Shown here piece by piece: positions 1 through 9,674 of a DNA stretch of 64,000 nt. The notes below the pieces were generated by a model. That model worked only from the letters and a program-made list of their open reading frames with translations. It had not been told where the DNA came from and did not search any database. Position 1 is the first letter of the stretch, and each line of letters opens with the position of its first letter. The DNA is from Candidatus Obscuribacteraceae bacterium (lineage in GTDB: Bacteria > Cyanobacteriota > Vampirovibrionia > Obscuribacterales > Obscuribacteraceae): assembly GCA_044226015.1 (NCBI GenBank), contig JBGAHS010000010.1, positions 160,001 to 224,000 of the forward strand. The letters run 5' to 3'. A program made the position numbers and the translations under genes.

Positions 1-355
1 CGATATTAAAGGTGAGAACTTTCAATTGGTCAGGAGTGTCGTCTTCCTTTTCCGCATTTGATTTACTGGATTCACCAGGTTTAGCTGCAATCGTATCTAA
101 GACTTCATTTCTCAGCGCGTCATTCGATGAAGATGCGTTAGCTGCATTTTTTTCACTGACATTGGTTGAATCGAGCATAGCAACACCCCTCACGATATTC
201 GATTTGACATCCGTTGTGGGGGTATGGATGCTCAGCTTTGTTTCGTCTGCCAGGACAGCTGATATCGATAATGTAGCGGAAGTCAGCGTTAGATACAGCA
301 GGCGCCTTGCGGTTATTCCCAATGCAGTAGTACCAAATGAGAAATTTTGAAACAT
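1..355 (-). CDS. Partial (runs off window) secreted endonuclease/exonuclease/phosphatase (EEP) family protein; absent from the ORF track
   Basis: Manual translation from ATG at 355: MFQNFSFGTTALGITARRLLYLTLTSATLSISAVLA-DETK...DDTPDQLKVLTFNI, open to the window edge. It has a signal-peptide-like N-terminus, and LKVLTFNI matches the first beta-strand motif of EEP domains. Confidence 0.7.
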   Translation of the reverse strand, partial: MFQNFSFGTTALGITARRLLYLTLTSATLSISAVLADETKLSIHTPTTDVKSNIVRGVAMLDSTNVSEKNAANASSSNDALRNEVLDTIAAKPGESSKSNAEKEDDTPDQLKVLTFNI

Positions 356-542
356 ACAAGCACCCGTATTCTTGAGTCAGCAAGGAGAATGCCAGTTTTT
401 TGCTTCATTTGTCAAGCTGTTTCTACAACAGTGTTTGACTGTGATTTATTCACTCTTTCTCTTAAGTGGCTATTATTTTGGTGGTTTGTCTTCGATTTGT
501 TGGGACATTCGAGATTAGAAGAAGTTTGCAGCAATCAGTTGA

Positions 543-2600
543 TTAGTCGAAAAATGATTTGAATAGTTTGCCTACAGAATGAAACAGTCCGTGCTTTTTG
601 CGATTAATTGCCTTTTCCACTTTTTCAACCTTGGAGCTGACTCTATCAGCACTTTCTTCAAGTGTGCCCTCGATATCTGGACTTGCGATGAAGCGAATAC
701 TTGAGTCCATTGGAGTTTCAGGAGCATCAAATTTGCCTGGAGGAATAGCGTGTGAGCTGTAATATGATAGGTTGTATGATTTCCAAATTCCTGCCATGAC
801 AGAGCCTCCTGTGGCAGAGCTTCCGGGAATTGGGTTATTCTCGTCATTTCCTCCCCAAGTGGCTGTCACCATATCTGGTGTAAATCCGACAAACCAGAGG
901 TCTTTTGATTGGTCTGCAGTGCCAGTCTTGCCTGCTACAGGACGACCAGGCAACTTAGCTGCGGTAGCTGTACCTGACTGAACAACGGTTTGCATCATAT
1001 CCACGAGCTCGGCTACTGGTTCCTTTTCGAACACCTTTTGTGAATCCGATTTTTCCTTGAGGAGTTCGTGCCCGCTGAAGTCTTTAACAGAGCGTATTAA
1101 TCGAGGCGTCACGCGCACTCCGCCCCTGGCTAATGTAGAGTATGCTGCTGCCATTTCAAGCGGCGATACCGCGCAGCTACCTAATGCGATAGATAGGTTC
1201 GGCTCGAGGTTTTCATTGATACCAGCTTCTTTTGCCACATTAATAACTTTGTCGATTCCTGTGTCCGCTGCAACCTTAACGGCACAAACGTTTCTCGATT
1301 TTGCGAGAGCATCGCGAACTGTCAGCGCGCCAAGATATTCGTGGTCGAAATTTCTGGGACTATACGGTTTTGTTTGTCCCTGAGTGATAGTCAATGGCTC
1401 ATCTTGCAGAACTGTATCTGTATGAATTGCACCAGATATAATACCTGCCAGATAAACAAATGGCTTGAATGCCGACCCAACCGTATGTGGGTTTGTCGCG
1501 CGGTTGAACTGGTGTTTCCAAAAATTTCCGGCTCCGCCGACCAGTGCTAAGACGGACCCATCCTTAACATTGATTGATACTAGTGCTGCCTGCCGTACTC
1601 CCTTTGGCGCTTTTCTTACTCCATTGTTTATAGCAATCACAGCTTGCTTCTGGGCAGCTGAGTCCATGTTGGTATAAACGCTAAACCCATCCATGCTCTC
1701 TCTGTCTTTGCCAAGGCTGTGTTTTATCTCATCCATTACCGCATCGACGTAGTACAAATAATAAGAATCAAGTGACCCTACACTTCTGATATTTAGCTTT
1801 GTTGCTTTAGCTTTCGTTGCTTGAGCACGGCTGACATAGCCGTATTCAACCATCTGATCAAGAATTCTTGCTTGTCTTTCTTCTGCATCATCGCGGTTGT
1901 CCTTGCGACTGAGTGACGATGGTGCATTTATTATGCCAGCAAGAAATGCGGACTCGGGCAGCGATAGTTTAGCTGCGGGTTTTGCAAAGTATAGTTCTGC
2001 CGCTCGTTCTACTCCGTAAGCACCTCGACCAAAATAGACCTGGTTGAGGTAAGACTCCAGTATTTTGTCTTTTGAGTATTTACCTTCGAGCTGCAGAGCA
2101 ATTAACGCCTCTTTAATTTTCTGCTCTATATTGCGTTCTTCGCCTTCACTATATAACGTCTTGGCTAATTGCTGAGTAATAGTCGAGCCGCCTTCTCTCA
2201 CTCGACCTGAGCGCAAGTTCACCAGGGCAGCTCGAACGATACTCTCAGGGTTTACACCGTGGTGTTTATAGAAATCGTGGTCTTCCGCAGCGATTACTGC
2301 CTCGCGCATAAATGGAGCTATCTGTTTGATGTTTACGGGCACTCTGTCTTCGTTGCCACTAATCGTACAGACAATTTTGTCATTCTTATCGTAGATGCGA
2401 ATGGTATCACTCTTTCCTGCTTCCAGTGGTGATACCAGTTTGGAAACATCGCTCCAACTCCTAATCAATAATGTTCCTGCAATTACAACAATGATCGCAA
2501 GGGCTGTTGTAATAAAGAGCCCATTTTTGCTGCTGAATGATTTGACTTTCCGAATCAGCCGTGGGGCTCGCCGTGCGGTAGATGGCGTGGAAGATGGCAT
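543..2600 (-). CDS. Class A penicillin-binding protein (PBP1A family; transglycosylase + transpeptidase)
   Basis: N-terminal TM anchor; GT51 motifs EDHDFYKHHG, GGSTITQQLAK, KIKE and YLNQVYFG; transpeptidase motifs SAFK, SRN and KTGT. Confidence 0.95.
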   Translation of the reverse strand: MPSSTPSTARRAPRLIRKVKSFSSKNGLFITTALAIIVVIAGTLLIRSWSDVSKLVSPLEAGKSDTIRIYDKNDKIVCTISGNEDRVPVNIKQIAPFMREAVIAAEDHDFYKHHGVNPESIVRAALVNLRSGRVREGGSTITQQLAKTLYSEGEERNIEQKIKEALIALQLEGKYSKDKILESYLNQVYFGRGAYGVERAAELYFAKPAAKLSLPESAFLAGIINAPSSLSRKDNRDDAEERQARILDQMVEYGYVSRAQATKAKATKLNIRSVGSLDSYYLYYVDAVMDEIKHSLGKDRESMDGFSVYTNMDSAAQKQAVIAINNGVRKAPKGVRQAALVSINVKDGSVLALVGGAGNFWKHQFNRATNPHTVGSAFKPFVYLAGIISGAIHTDTVLQDEPLTITQGQTKPYSPRNFDHEYLGALTVRDALAKSRNVCAVKVAADTGIDKVINVAKEAGINENLEPNLSIALGSCAVSPLEMAAAYSTLARGGVRVTPRLIRSVKDFSGHELLKEKSDSQKVFEKEPVAELVDMMQTVVQSGTATAAKLPGRPVAGKTGTADQSKDLWFVGFTPDMVTATWGGNDENNPIPGSSATGGSVMAGIWKSYNLSYYSSHAIPPGKFDAPETPMDSSIRFIASPDIEGTLEESADRVSSKVEKVEKAINRKKHGLFHSVGKLFKSFFD

Positions 2601-2718
2601 GTTGAACTCCGGGGAGAGGTTCTAATGGACTGGCCTGCTTTGACGCATATTAAACTCAGAAGTTCCAGCAATGAGCCACGAGCATCTGTGGCGCTTTAGA
2701 AATTGGGAAAGAGTCAGC

Positions 2719-3186
2719 TTAAGACTGTACATCTCTAGGCACCACTATAGTTGATTCCATAATCTGCACGGTTTCATCTCGATGATTCTTTGTGACACTG
2801 CGCATGGTGACAGTTCCCCTATCAGGACGCGAGCGAGAAGGGCGAATCTGTGTTATCTCTGTTTCAACATGCAAGCTATCGTCTGGACGGACGGGTTTCT
2901 TCCAGCGAACATCTGAACCTGCACCGATTAAGCCTCCTTCGATGGGCACGCTTCCGACAAACAATCGCATCGTGACTGCTGCGGTTTGCCAGCCACTAGC
3001 GGCGATGCCGCCAAAGAATGAATTTTTTGCACCTTCTTGGCTGAGGTGAAATGGTTGAGGGTCATATTTGGATGCGAATTCGATAATCTCGGCTTCTCTT
3101 AAAGTGTATGTGTCGCTTTTAAAAATTTGCCCTATCTTCAGGTCGTCGAGCATCAGTTTCTTGCCTGAGGCATTCTTTGAATTCAT
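2719..3186 (-). CDS. MaoC-family (hotdog-fold) dehydratase
   Basis: FASKYDPQPFH, FGGIAASGWQT and VRWKKPVRPDD motifs. Confidence 0.9.
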   Translation of the reverse strand: MNSKNASGKKLMLDDLKIGQIFKSDTYTLREAEIIEFASKYDPQPFHLSQEGAKNSFFGGIAASGWQTAAVTMRLFVGSVPIEGGLIGAGSDVRWKKPVRPDDSLHVETEITQIRPSRSRPDRGTVTMRSVTKNHRDETVQIMESTIVVPRDVQS

Positions 3187-3258
3187 TTTTCACCGCGTAT
3201 GAAGGTCGCAACATATTAATGAATGCATTCGAAATCTGCCAGATAGATTAGTAAATGA

Positions 3259-3291
3259 ATTGTTGACTAATTTCAAAAATTGGTCAACAAT
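3259..3291. promoter_or_regulatory. 33-bp palindrome, putative TetR operator overlapping sigma70-like promoter elements
   Basis: ATTGTTGACTAATTT-CAA-AAATTGGTCAACAAT has 15-bp arms with 1 mismatch and contains TTGACT-N17-AACAAT. It lies between the divergent maoC-like and tetR genes. Confidence 0.8.
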
Positions 3292-3307
3292 AAACTCGGA
3301 GGCAGTT

Positions 3308-3925
3308 ATGGCGCGTACTAAGTCAATTCCCGACAGAGCCGAAAAAATCGTTGAGGCAGCCATTGAGCTGTTTTCTCGATATGGCTATGAACGCACCAGT
3401 ATAGAGGACATTGCTAAACATCTGGGCATCGGCAAGGGTTCTGTCTATCTCGACTTTCGTACAAAAGAAGACATTCTCATGCGCATTATTGAAACACATG
3501 CCATGCGAATACAGGCATCGCTTGATGAACGTATGCAGAACATTGAGGGCTCACCGCTTGAGTGTCTAAGTGATATGTTCTCGTCTTGTGCAGTTACTGT
3601 TTACGACAATGTTACTCGGGACATTCACACGCCTGAAACTTTGTTGCATACGTCTTTGCAATTTAAGCCGCGCTTTGCGCATTTTTATGTGCGAAAACGC
3701 GAACGAGTTTTGAAGTTGTTGAAACTGGCTGCTGAAGCTGGAGAAATTGAACCTGGAAAAGCTACGGAAGACAATGCCGTTGCATTTCTAATGGCAATTT
3801 CCAGCCTCTTTCCTCCCTACTTTAATAACTACACGGAATCCGACGGGCAGATTACTCGTGCTGAATTAGAGAAGCGTTCGAGACAAGTAATGGACCTCGT
3901 AATCAGCGGTTTGCGTAAGCGTTAA
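3308..3925 (+). CDS. TetR/AcrR family transcriptional regulator (start re-assigned to ATG 3308)
   Basis: HTH region AAIELFSRYGYERTSIEDIAKHLGIGKGSVYLDFRTKEDIL. GGAGG RBS at 3298-3302. The ORF-track TTG start lies inside the palindrome. Confidence 0.93.
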   Translation: MARTKSIPDRAEKIVEAAIELFSRYGYERTSIEDIAKHLGIGKGSVYLDFRTKEDILMRIIETHAMRIQASLDERMQNIEGSPLECLSDMFSSCAVTVYDNVTRDIHTPETLLHTSLQFKPRFAHFYVRKRERVLKLLKLAAEAGEIEPGKATEDNAVAFLMAISSLFPPYFNNYTESDGQITRAELEKRSRQVMDLVISGLRKR

Positions 3926-3980
3926 TCGACACCTGCAAGACCTGGACTGATGGCAGTCTTGCTTTGGAGAACTTGATTTA

Positions 3981-5573
3981 ATGGCGACCTTTTTTCAGGA
4001 AGAACTTCAGCGCCGGGTTGAAGAAGAAGGCGAAATCGTTCGTTGGTTGATGCTAGTTGGAGTTGCGATTGCAGCTCTGATGGAGGTTATTGACACAAGT
4101 ATCACTAACGTGGCATTGCCTCATATTCAGGGAAACCTGGGTGCCACCACTAGTGAAGCGGCCTGGGTAGTGACATCGTATTCGATTGCCAATGTCATAA
4201 CGATGCCTCTTGCCGTGATGTTTGGCGATATCTTCGGCAAAAAGCGTTACTTCGTTTTCTCGATGATAGGTTTTACTATTGCCTCCATTGCCTGTGGACT
4301 TGCGGGCGACCTCTTAAGTCTGGTGCTCGCTCGAGTTGCTCAGGGACTTTTCGGGGGCGGTCTGCTAGCTAAGGCGCAGGCTTTTTTATTTGAAGGCTTT
4401 CCTCCCGAGAAGCAAGGTTTTGTACAGGCTGTCTTTGGCATATGCGTCATCGTCGGACCCGTGCTCGGTCCTACGCTTGGTGGCTGGTTAACAGACAATT
4501 ACAACTGGCGATGGATCTTCTTCATCAATATTCCTGTTGGAATTCTTGCTACGATTTTGTGTCAGGCGTACATACCAAAAGACAAACCTTTTGACCCTTC
4601 TGCATCTAAAACACCTGTTGATTGGTTGGGAATTGCCTCGATGAGCCTTATGTTGGGTTCCTTGCAATACGTACTGGAGAAGGGGCAAGATGAAGACTGG
4701 TTTTCGTCAAAGTTGATTTGTTGGTGTGCAGCAGCCACCGTACTCGGTGCCGTAGTCTTCTTCGTACATGAATTGCGAACCAAATTTCCTGCAGTGAATT
4801 TGCGAATCGTTAGATTTCGCTCAGTCGCGATTGGTCTATTGTTTCAATCTGTAATTGGTTTTGTTCTTTTCGGCATCAATTATGTAATACCGAATTTTGC
4901 GCAATTGATGTTAGGCTACACCGCCTTGCAGGCAGGCTTATTGCAGATGCCAGCATCGTTAGTTACAGGCTTCATGTTTCCTGTCGTGGGCGCTATGGTC
5001 GGCAAAGTTGATGCTCGCGTAATGGTCGCTATAGGAATAACTCTTCTGAGCATATCTAACTGGTGCCTGGTGCCCATTACTCTCGATTGGGGCTGGAACA
5101 ATTTTCTTGCCGCCAGTTTGATACGGGGATTTGGGCTAGTTCTCGTCTTCTTGCCTCTCACAATCGCAGCTGTTGGAGACTGTCCCCCAGAGGACATTCA
5201 AACAGCAGCATCGATGCTGAGTTTAGTGCGCACTTTGGGTGGTGGCGTGGGCATCGCAATGTTGGCGACAATACTTGTGCGTCGTGAAGACTTTCACCGA
5301 GCTGTGCTTGTGGAAAAAATCACGCCTTACGGAACTCAGGCTATGGCACACCTTTCTCAGCTAATCGAAATGTTCAAGGCGGAAGGCTGGTCGTTTGCAG
5401 ACGCGAGGATGCGTGCACTAAAACTAATGAGTGAACAAGTGGAAAGGCAGGCAGCCGCGCTCTCATTCTCCGATATAGCTTGGCTTTTGACGTTTTTTAC
5501 CGCTGTAACCCTGCCATGTTGTCTTTTGTTGACCTCTGGAAAGCGCAAAGGACAGGCTGTAGAGATGCATTAA
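3981..5573 (+). CDS. emrB: DHA2-family MFS multidrug efflux permease (EmrB/QacA type)
   Basis: MEVIDTSITNVALPHIQGNLGA, WVVTSY and GPVLGPTLGGWLTDNYNWRWIFFINIPVG motifs; about 14 hydrophobic segments. Confidence 0.92.
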   Translation: MATFFQEELQRRVEEEGEIVRWLMLVGVAIAALMEVIDTSITNVALPHIQGNLGATTSEAAWVVTSYSIANVITMPLAVMFGDIFGKKRYFVFSMIGFTIASIACGLAGDLLSLVLARVAQGLFGGGLLAKAQAFLFEGFPPEKQGFVQAVFGICVIVGPVLGPTLGGWLTDNYNWRWIFFINIPVGILATILCQAYIPKDKPFDPSASKTPVDWLGIASMSLMLGSLQYVLEKGQDEDWFSSKLICWCAAATVLGAVVFFVHELRTKFPAVNLRIVRFRSVAIGLLFQSVIGFVLFGINYVIPNFAQLMLGYTALQAGLLQMPASLVTGFMFPVVGAMVGKVDARVMVAIGITLLSISNWCLVPITLDWGWNNFLAASLIRGFGLVLVFLPLTIAAVGDCPPEDIQTAASMLSLVRTLGGGVGIAMLATILVRREDFHRAVLVEKITPYGTQAMAHLSQLIEMFKAEGWSFADARMRALKLMSEQVERQAAALSFSDIAWLLTFFTAVTLPCCLLLTSGKRKGQAVEMH

Positions 5574-5586
5574 TGTTAGAAAACTA

Positions 5587-5619
5587 ATTGTTGACCAGAA
5601 AGGAAAATTGGTCAATAAT
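5587..5619. promoter_or_regulatory. Second copy of the putative TetR operator / internal promoter upstream of emrA
   Basis: ATTGTTGACCAGAAAGGAAAATTGGTCAATAAT has the same length and arms as 3259-3291 and contains TTGACC-N17-AATAAT. Confidence 0.78.
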
Positions 5620-5658
5620 TGTACTTACTGGACGGAAACCTAAGCGATAAAACGTGCG

Positions 5659-7044
5659 GTGTATGACATGGACAATAGAAACGAGGAATTGGGGGACGCG
5701 GCTGTGGGAAATGAAAAAATTTCTGAATCGCCATCGAACAGTGCCACTGTTACTGCTGAGCCATCGAGCGCGTCCGGATCTCCGAAAGCATCAGTCAAGA
5801 AAGTTCATCCTGAAATGACAGCAAAAAAGAAAAGTCGATTCGTGATGCCTGCGGTTCTGAGCATGATCCTTCTTGTCGCCGGTGTAGGCGCTTACAGATG
5901 GTGGCAGCATGCATCTTCTGTTGAAGAAACTGATGATGCCACCATCGTTGGTCGCGTTCACCAGCTGAGTTCTCGCGTAAGCGGAACAGTCACGAAAATT
6001 CTTGTGGATGATAATGACCATGTTAAAGCCGGTCAATTGTTAGTTCAAATCGATCCTAAAGACTTTGAGATTGGCGTAAATGCAGCCAAAGCTGCTGCTG
6101 CTGAGGCAGCCTTTAAGTCAGGCGAAATCGAGTCATCTATAGTTGCGCACCAACGAGAAGCTGAAGCAAGAGATTACGAAGCTCAATCGGCTCTTGCCAG
6201 TGCTAAAGCTGGCGTTGACAAAGCACGTGAAATGCTCAACGAAACTAAGCTAGGAGTTAGTCTGGCAAAGACGGAAATCCGACAGCGAGAAGCAGAGCTG
6301 ACGCGCGCGAAATCTGACTTTGAACGCTATGAGTCACTGGTTAAAGATCGCGCGGCGACTATGCAGAGTTTTGATAAAGCAAAGCAGGACAAAGAGGTCG
6401 CCGAGGCAAATCTTCAGTCTGCTCATGAACAATTTAAGCAAGCTCAAGTTAGAGTTCAGCAGTCAATGCAGGCTCTGGCTAATGCTGAGTCTGAGGTGAC
6501 AAGAGCCAAAGGTGCTTCAAGAAATGCAGAGGCTGCCGATGCAACAACTGAAACCACAAAGAGAAAATTGGCGGTTCAGGAAGCAGCTGTGGCAAAAGCA
6601 AAAAGCGATTTTGATAATGCGATGACGCAATTATCGTACACAAAGTTGACTGCGCCTGTAACTGGTAAAGCGGGGCATCGCACCGTTGAAGTAGGACAGC
6701 AGATTGAGCGTGGACAAGCCCTCATGAGTGTTGTCTCTGATGATAAATGGGTCGTCGCAAATTTCAAGGAAACGCAGCTGGGTCGAATGCGACCAGGTCA
6801 GAGAGTTGACATCAAAATAGATGCGTTTCCAAAAGCACATTTTCAAGGAGTGATTGACTCCATTTCACCGGCTTCCGGAGCCCAATTTGCTCTGTTGCCG
6901 CCCGACAATGCAAGCGGTAACTTCACCAAAGTGGTACAGCGCTTGCCAGTCAAAATTGTGTTTGATAAGGAATCTATCAAAGGGTACGAAAATCTTATTG
7001 CACCCGGTATGTCTGTTATTCCAGAAGTGCACGTAGGTCAGTAG
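5659..7044 (+). CDS. emrA: HlyD/EmrA family periplasmic adaptor (membrane fusion protein)
   Basis: TM anchor, ETDDA, lipoyl-like half motifs, long coiled coil, ANFKETQL and FALLPPDNASGNFTKVVQRLPVKI. Confidence 0.93.
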   Translation: MYDMDNRNEELGDAAVGNEKISESPSNSATVTAEPSSASGSPKASVKKVHPEMTAKKKSRFVMPAVLSMILLVAGVGAYRWWQHASSVEETDDATIVGRVHQLSSRVSGTVTKILVDDNDHVKAGQLLVQIDPKDFEIGVNAAKAAAAEAAFKSGEIESSIVAHQREAEARDYEAQSALASAKAGVDKAREMLNETKLGVSLAKTEIRQREAELTRAKSDFERYESLVKDRAATMQSFDKAKQDKEVAEANLQSAHEQFKQAQVRVQQSMQALANAESEVTRAKGASRNAEAADATTETTKRKLAVQEAAVAKAKSDFDNAMTQLSYTKLTAPVTGKAGHRTVEVGQQIERGQALMSVVSDDKWVVANFKETQLGRMRPGQRVDIKIDAFPKAHFQGVIDSISPASGAQFALLPPDNASGNFTKVVQRLPVKIVFDKESIKGYENLIAPGMSVIPEVHVGQ

Positions 7045-7063
7045 GACAGCGTTTTCCTTTTGG

Positions 7064-8761
7064 ATGACGCCACGAAAGGTGCTTATGTTCTTTCCTCGAA
7101 ACTTAGTTTCTTCGCATTCTGCATTTTTGCTTTTATCGTTATCGATAAGCACGGCTAGTGCTAGCGCTGCGATCGATGCAAGCAGTGAAAATAGAAGTGC
7201 CATAGACTCGTCTATGCGCGCTCTTAAAACACGCATGCCGACAGAGAGCGATAAGAAGCCAACAAAATACATTCTTGAACTGCAGGCTACTCAGAATGTG
7301 CGACCTTTTGGCAATGAACCGTTGCACAAAATTGAAGTTCCTCTGGAACGAATTGATTCTGGTGGCATCAATCTTGATACGGGCAAGGATGACACTGGCG
7401 TTATAATCGAGACGCCTCCTATAACTTCTTTGATAAAGCTGAGGGATCATTTGAACCCCTTCTCGCTCGATGCCACTTATGTCACTCGCATTGACCTGAA
7501 GGAAGTTCTGGAGACGGTGCTGAATCAAAATCTTGATATTGACAGTGCCTTTGTTCGAAGCAAATCTCAGAAGTGGCAGACACTATCAACCGCGAGTGGG
7601 TTTTTGCCGAACATAAATACTGGCTACAGCATATTTGGCATCAAGGGATCCTTTCCTGGTGCAGTGCTCGGTGGTGGCAGTGGGGCTGCGAAATTACCCA
7701 GTTTTGCCCAACTTCTGACTGCAGGTTTCACCTACAATGCCTACCAGGGCGGCAAAATTTTGTTTGGTACTCTGGCTGAACGTCATCGATACAGAGCCAC
7801 ACGCGCAGGGCTCAAAACAAATATCAACGACGCCCTTCTTCAATCTGCAAGACGCTACTACGAACTTTTAAACAGCGAAGCACTATTGGCTATTCGAACC
7901 AGAGCAGTTTCGATATCTGAGGAGCAGGTTCGACTGAACACTGCCCACGAGAAAGCTGGTATTGCGACAGGTCTTGATGTTTTGCAGTCTCAAGCTCAAC
8001 TTGCCAGTGATGAGCAAAACTTGATTGAGCAGCAGAATAGCCGGCGACAATCTGCCATTCAATTAGCGCACCTGATGAATTCGAGCTTTACTGAAGATTT
8101 TAAGTCTGCAGACAAATACTTGCAAATGAAGAGACTGGTGCCGAATACGATACCGGTAGAGCAATTGCTCAAGTTGGCTATCGACCAGCGCCCAGAGTTA
8201 AAACAGTACGAAGAACTGCGTCTTGCTGCGAAGCGTTCAATCATGGTTGCTGCTTCGCCGTTGCAGCCAAACGTCTCTTTGGGTGGAACCGTATATGGTA
8301 TTGGCGCCTCGGGGTCCAATATTGATTCGATTTATACATTGAATCTTGGTGTTAAGTGGTTTCTTGGTGGTTTAGGAACTACAGACCTTGCAAACATACA
8401 AAAAGCTCGCTGGGAAGCGCGGCAGGCAGCCATTCAAGCTAAGCAAACATTTTTGACCGTGTTTGAAGAAGTCCGTACATCTTACAATTCAAGTCTGGCT
8501 GCAGACAAGAAAGTCGACCGCGCAACTGTACAGATTCAAGCTGCAGAGGAAGAGCTTCGTATCGCGAGGAAGCGAATGGACGCTGGAGTGGGTTTGAATA
8601 TCGATGTATTGAATGCACAGCGCGATTTGACTCAGGCAAGCATCAACAAGGCTAGAGCAATTTTGGAATACAACGTTGCTCAGGCGCAACTGCTTCGTGA
8701 TATAGGTTCAATTTCGGTGACTGGTCTATTGAGCGGCATCAAACAGAGCGACATCAGATAG
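7064..8761 (+). CDS. TolC-family outer membrane efflux channel (start may be a downstream ATG)
   Basis: Signal-like N-terminus; two OEP-type repeats (GIATGLDVLQSQAQLA; GVGLNIDVLNAQRDLTQA...YNVAQAQLLRDIG); follows emrA. Confidence 0.9.
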   Translation: MTPRKVLMFFPRNLVSSHSAFLLLSLSISTASASAAIDASSENRSAIDSSMRALKTRMPTESDKKPTKYILELQATQNVRPFGNEPLHKIEVPLERIDSGGINLDTGKDDTGVIIETPPITSLIKLRDHLNPFSLDATYVTRIDLKEVLETVLNQNLDIDSAFVRSKSQKWQTLSTASGFLPNINTGYSIFGIKGSFPGAVLGGGSGAAKLPSFAQLLTAGFTYNAYQGGKILFGTLAERHRYRATRAGLKTNINDALLQSARRYYELLNSEALLAIRTRAVSISEEQVRLNTAHEKAGIATGLDVLQSQAQLASDEQNLIEQQNSRRQSAIQLAHLMNSSFTEDFKSADKYLQMKRLVPNTIPVEQLLKLAIDQRPELKQYEELRLAAKRSIMVAASPLQPNVSLGGTVYGIGASGSNIDSIYTLNLGVKWFLGGLGTTDLANIQKARWEARQAAIQAKQTFLTVFEEVRTSYNSSLAADKKVDRATVQIQAAEEELRIARKRMDAGVGLNIDVLNAQRDLTQASINKARAILEYNVAQAQLLRDIGSISVTGLLSGIKQSDIR

Positions 8762-8877
8762 GGCGAGATAGGGCGGTATCAATTAGAGCGACATCAGATA
8801 GGGCGACATCAAGTTGAGCGGCGTTCAAGTTGAGTGGCATTCAATAGAGCGACATTCAAGTTGAGCGACATCAATTA
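8731..8877. repeat. Degenerate ~15-bp tandem repeat (about 10 units, consensus GAGCGACATCAAnTn)
   Basis: Units read directly: gagcggcatcaaaca, gagcgacatcagata, gggcgagata, gggcggtatcaatta, gagcgacatcagata, gggcgacatcaagtt, gagcggcgttcaagtt, gagtggcattcaata, gagcgacattcaagtt, gagcgacatcaatta. Confidence 0.9.
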
Positions 8878-8882
8878 GGACG

Positions 8883-9674
8883 CTACTTGATGGCAGTTTG
8901 CGGATCAAGCCCCCATGAGCGCAAAATTTCACGCTCTTCATCACTCGATTTCGCTTTCTTGAACTTTGCGTTTCGTCCCTTCACGACCCTTTCGCATTCT
9001 GTCCATGTTTTGTGCCGCTGGACGACCCCTCCGTAATAGCTGAGGTAGGTAACCGGACCACTTGCGCCACCAGAACTGCTTCGCGATACGCTTTTGCTGC
9101 CGCCTGTGCTTTTGCTGCTGCTGCCTTTGTTTTGTTGTGGAAGATCCTCTCCACCTGGTACTTGAGAGAGGTCTACGAAATAGCCATCTTTGTCTCCGAT
9201 ATACAGGCTTTCCATTTTGCCTTTTGCAAATGCCACCGCGATTTCGTCGCAGCGTTCGTTACCAGGAAATCCGGCATGGCCCCGTACATAACGCCAATCT
9301 ACCGTTGCAGGCTTCAAGCGCGTGACCTGACGCAGAAGTTCTTCCCATAGGGCACGATTTGCTACCTCACCACCTTCGGAATTTTTCCATCCCTTGTTTC
9401 GCCATCCCCAAATCCACTGCGTGATGCCTTTGATAACATACGTAGAGTCTGTGTAAAGTATGATGGGCTGCGGCTCAGTTATTTCAAGCGAGGCTAGTGC
9501 TCGTATTGCGGCAGTCATTTCCATCTTGTTGTTTGTGGTCTGTTTATCGCCTGCACCAAGTTCGCGAATACTGCCGTCTGGCAGGGAAACAATGCTCGCC
9601 CAGCCGCCTGGACCAGGGTTGCCCGTGCAGGCGCCGTCAGTGAAAATCAAAATCGCATTAGCCGGAACGGTCAT
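8883..9674 (-). CDS. rnhA: Ribonuclease HI with C-terminal hybrid-binding (viroplasmin-like) domain; likely start ATG 9674
   Basis: IFTDGACTGNPGPGGW, TTNNKMEM, YTDSTY and VRGHAGFPGNERCD motifs, then a Ser/Gly linker and RHKTWTECERVVKGRNAKFKK. Confidence 0.9.
   Translation of the reverse strand: MTVPANAILIFTDGACTGNPGPGGWASIVSLPDGSIRELGAGDKQTTNNKMEMTAAIRALASLEITEPQPIILYTDSTYVIKGITQWIWGWRNKGWKNSEGGEVANRALWEELLRQVTRLKPATVDWRYVRGHAGFPGNERCDEIAVAFAKGKMESLYIGDKDGYFVDLSQVPGGEDLPQQNKGSSSKSTGGSKSVSRSSSGGASGPVTYLSYYGGVVQRHKTWTECERVVKGRNAKFKKAKSSDEEREILRSWGLDPQTAIK

Noticed and set aside
3981..8761. MFS-HlyD-TolC as a type I secretion system for the giant proteins
   Set aside because: The pump is a DHA2 MFS rather than an ABC transporter, and the giant proteins have Sec-type signal peptides and no RTX repeats.
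8731..8877. Possible CRISPR array
   Set aside because: Units are only 15-16 bp, contiguous and degenerate, with no unique spacers and no cas genes in the window.
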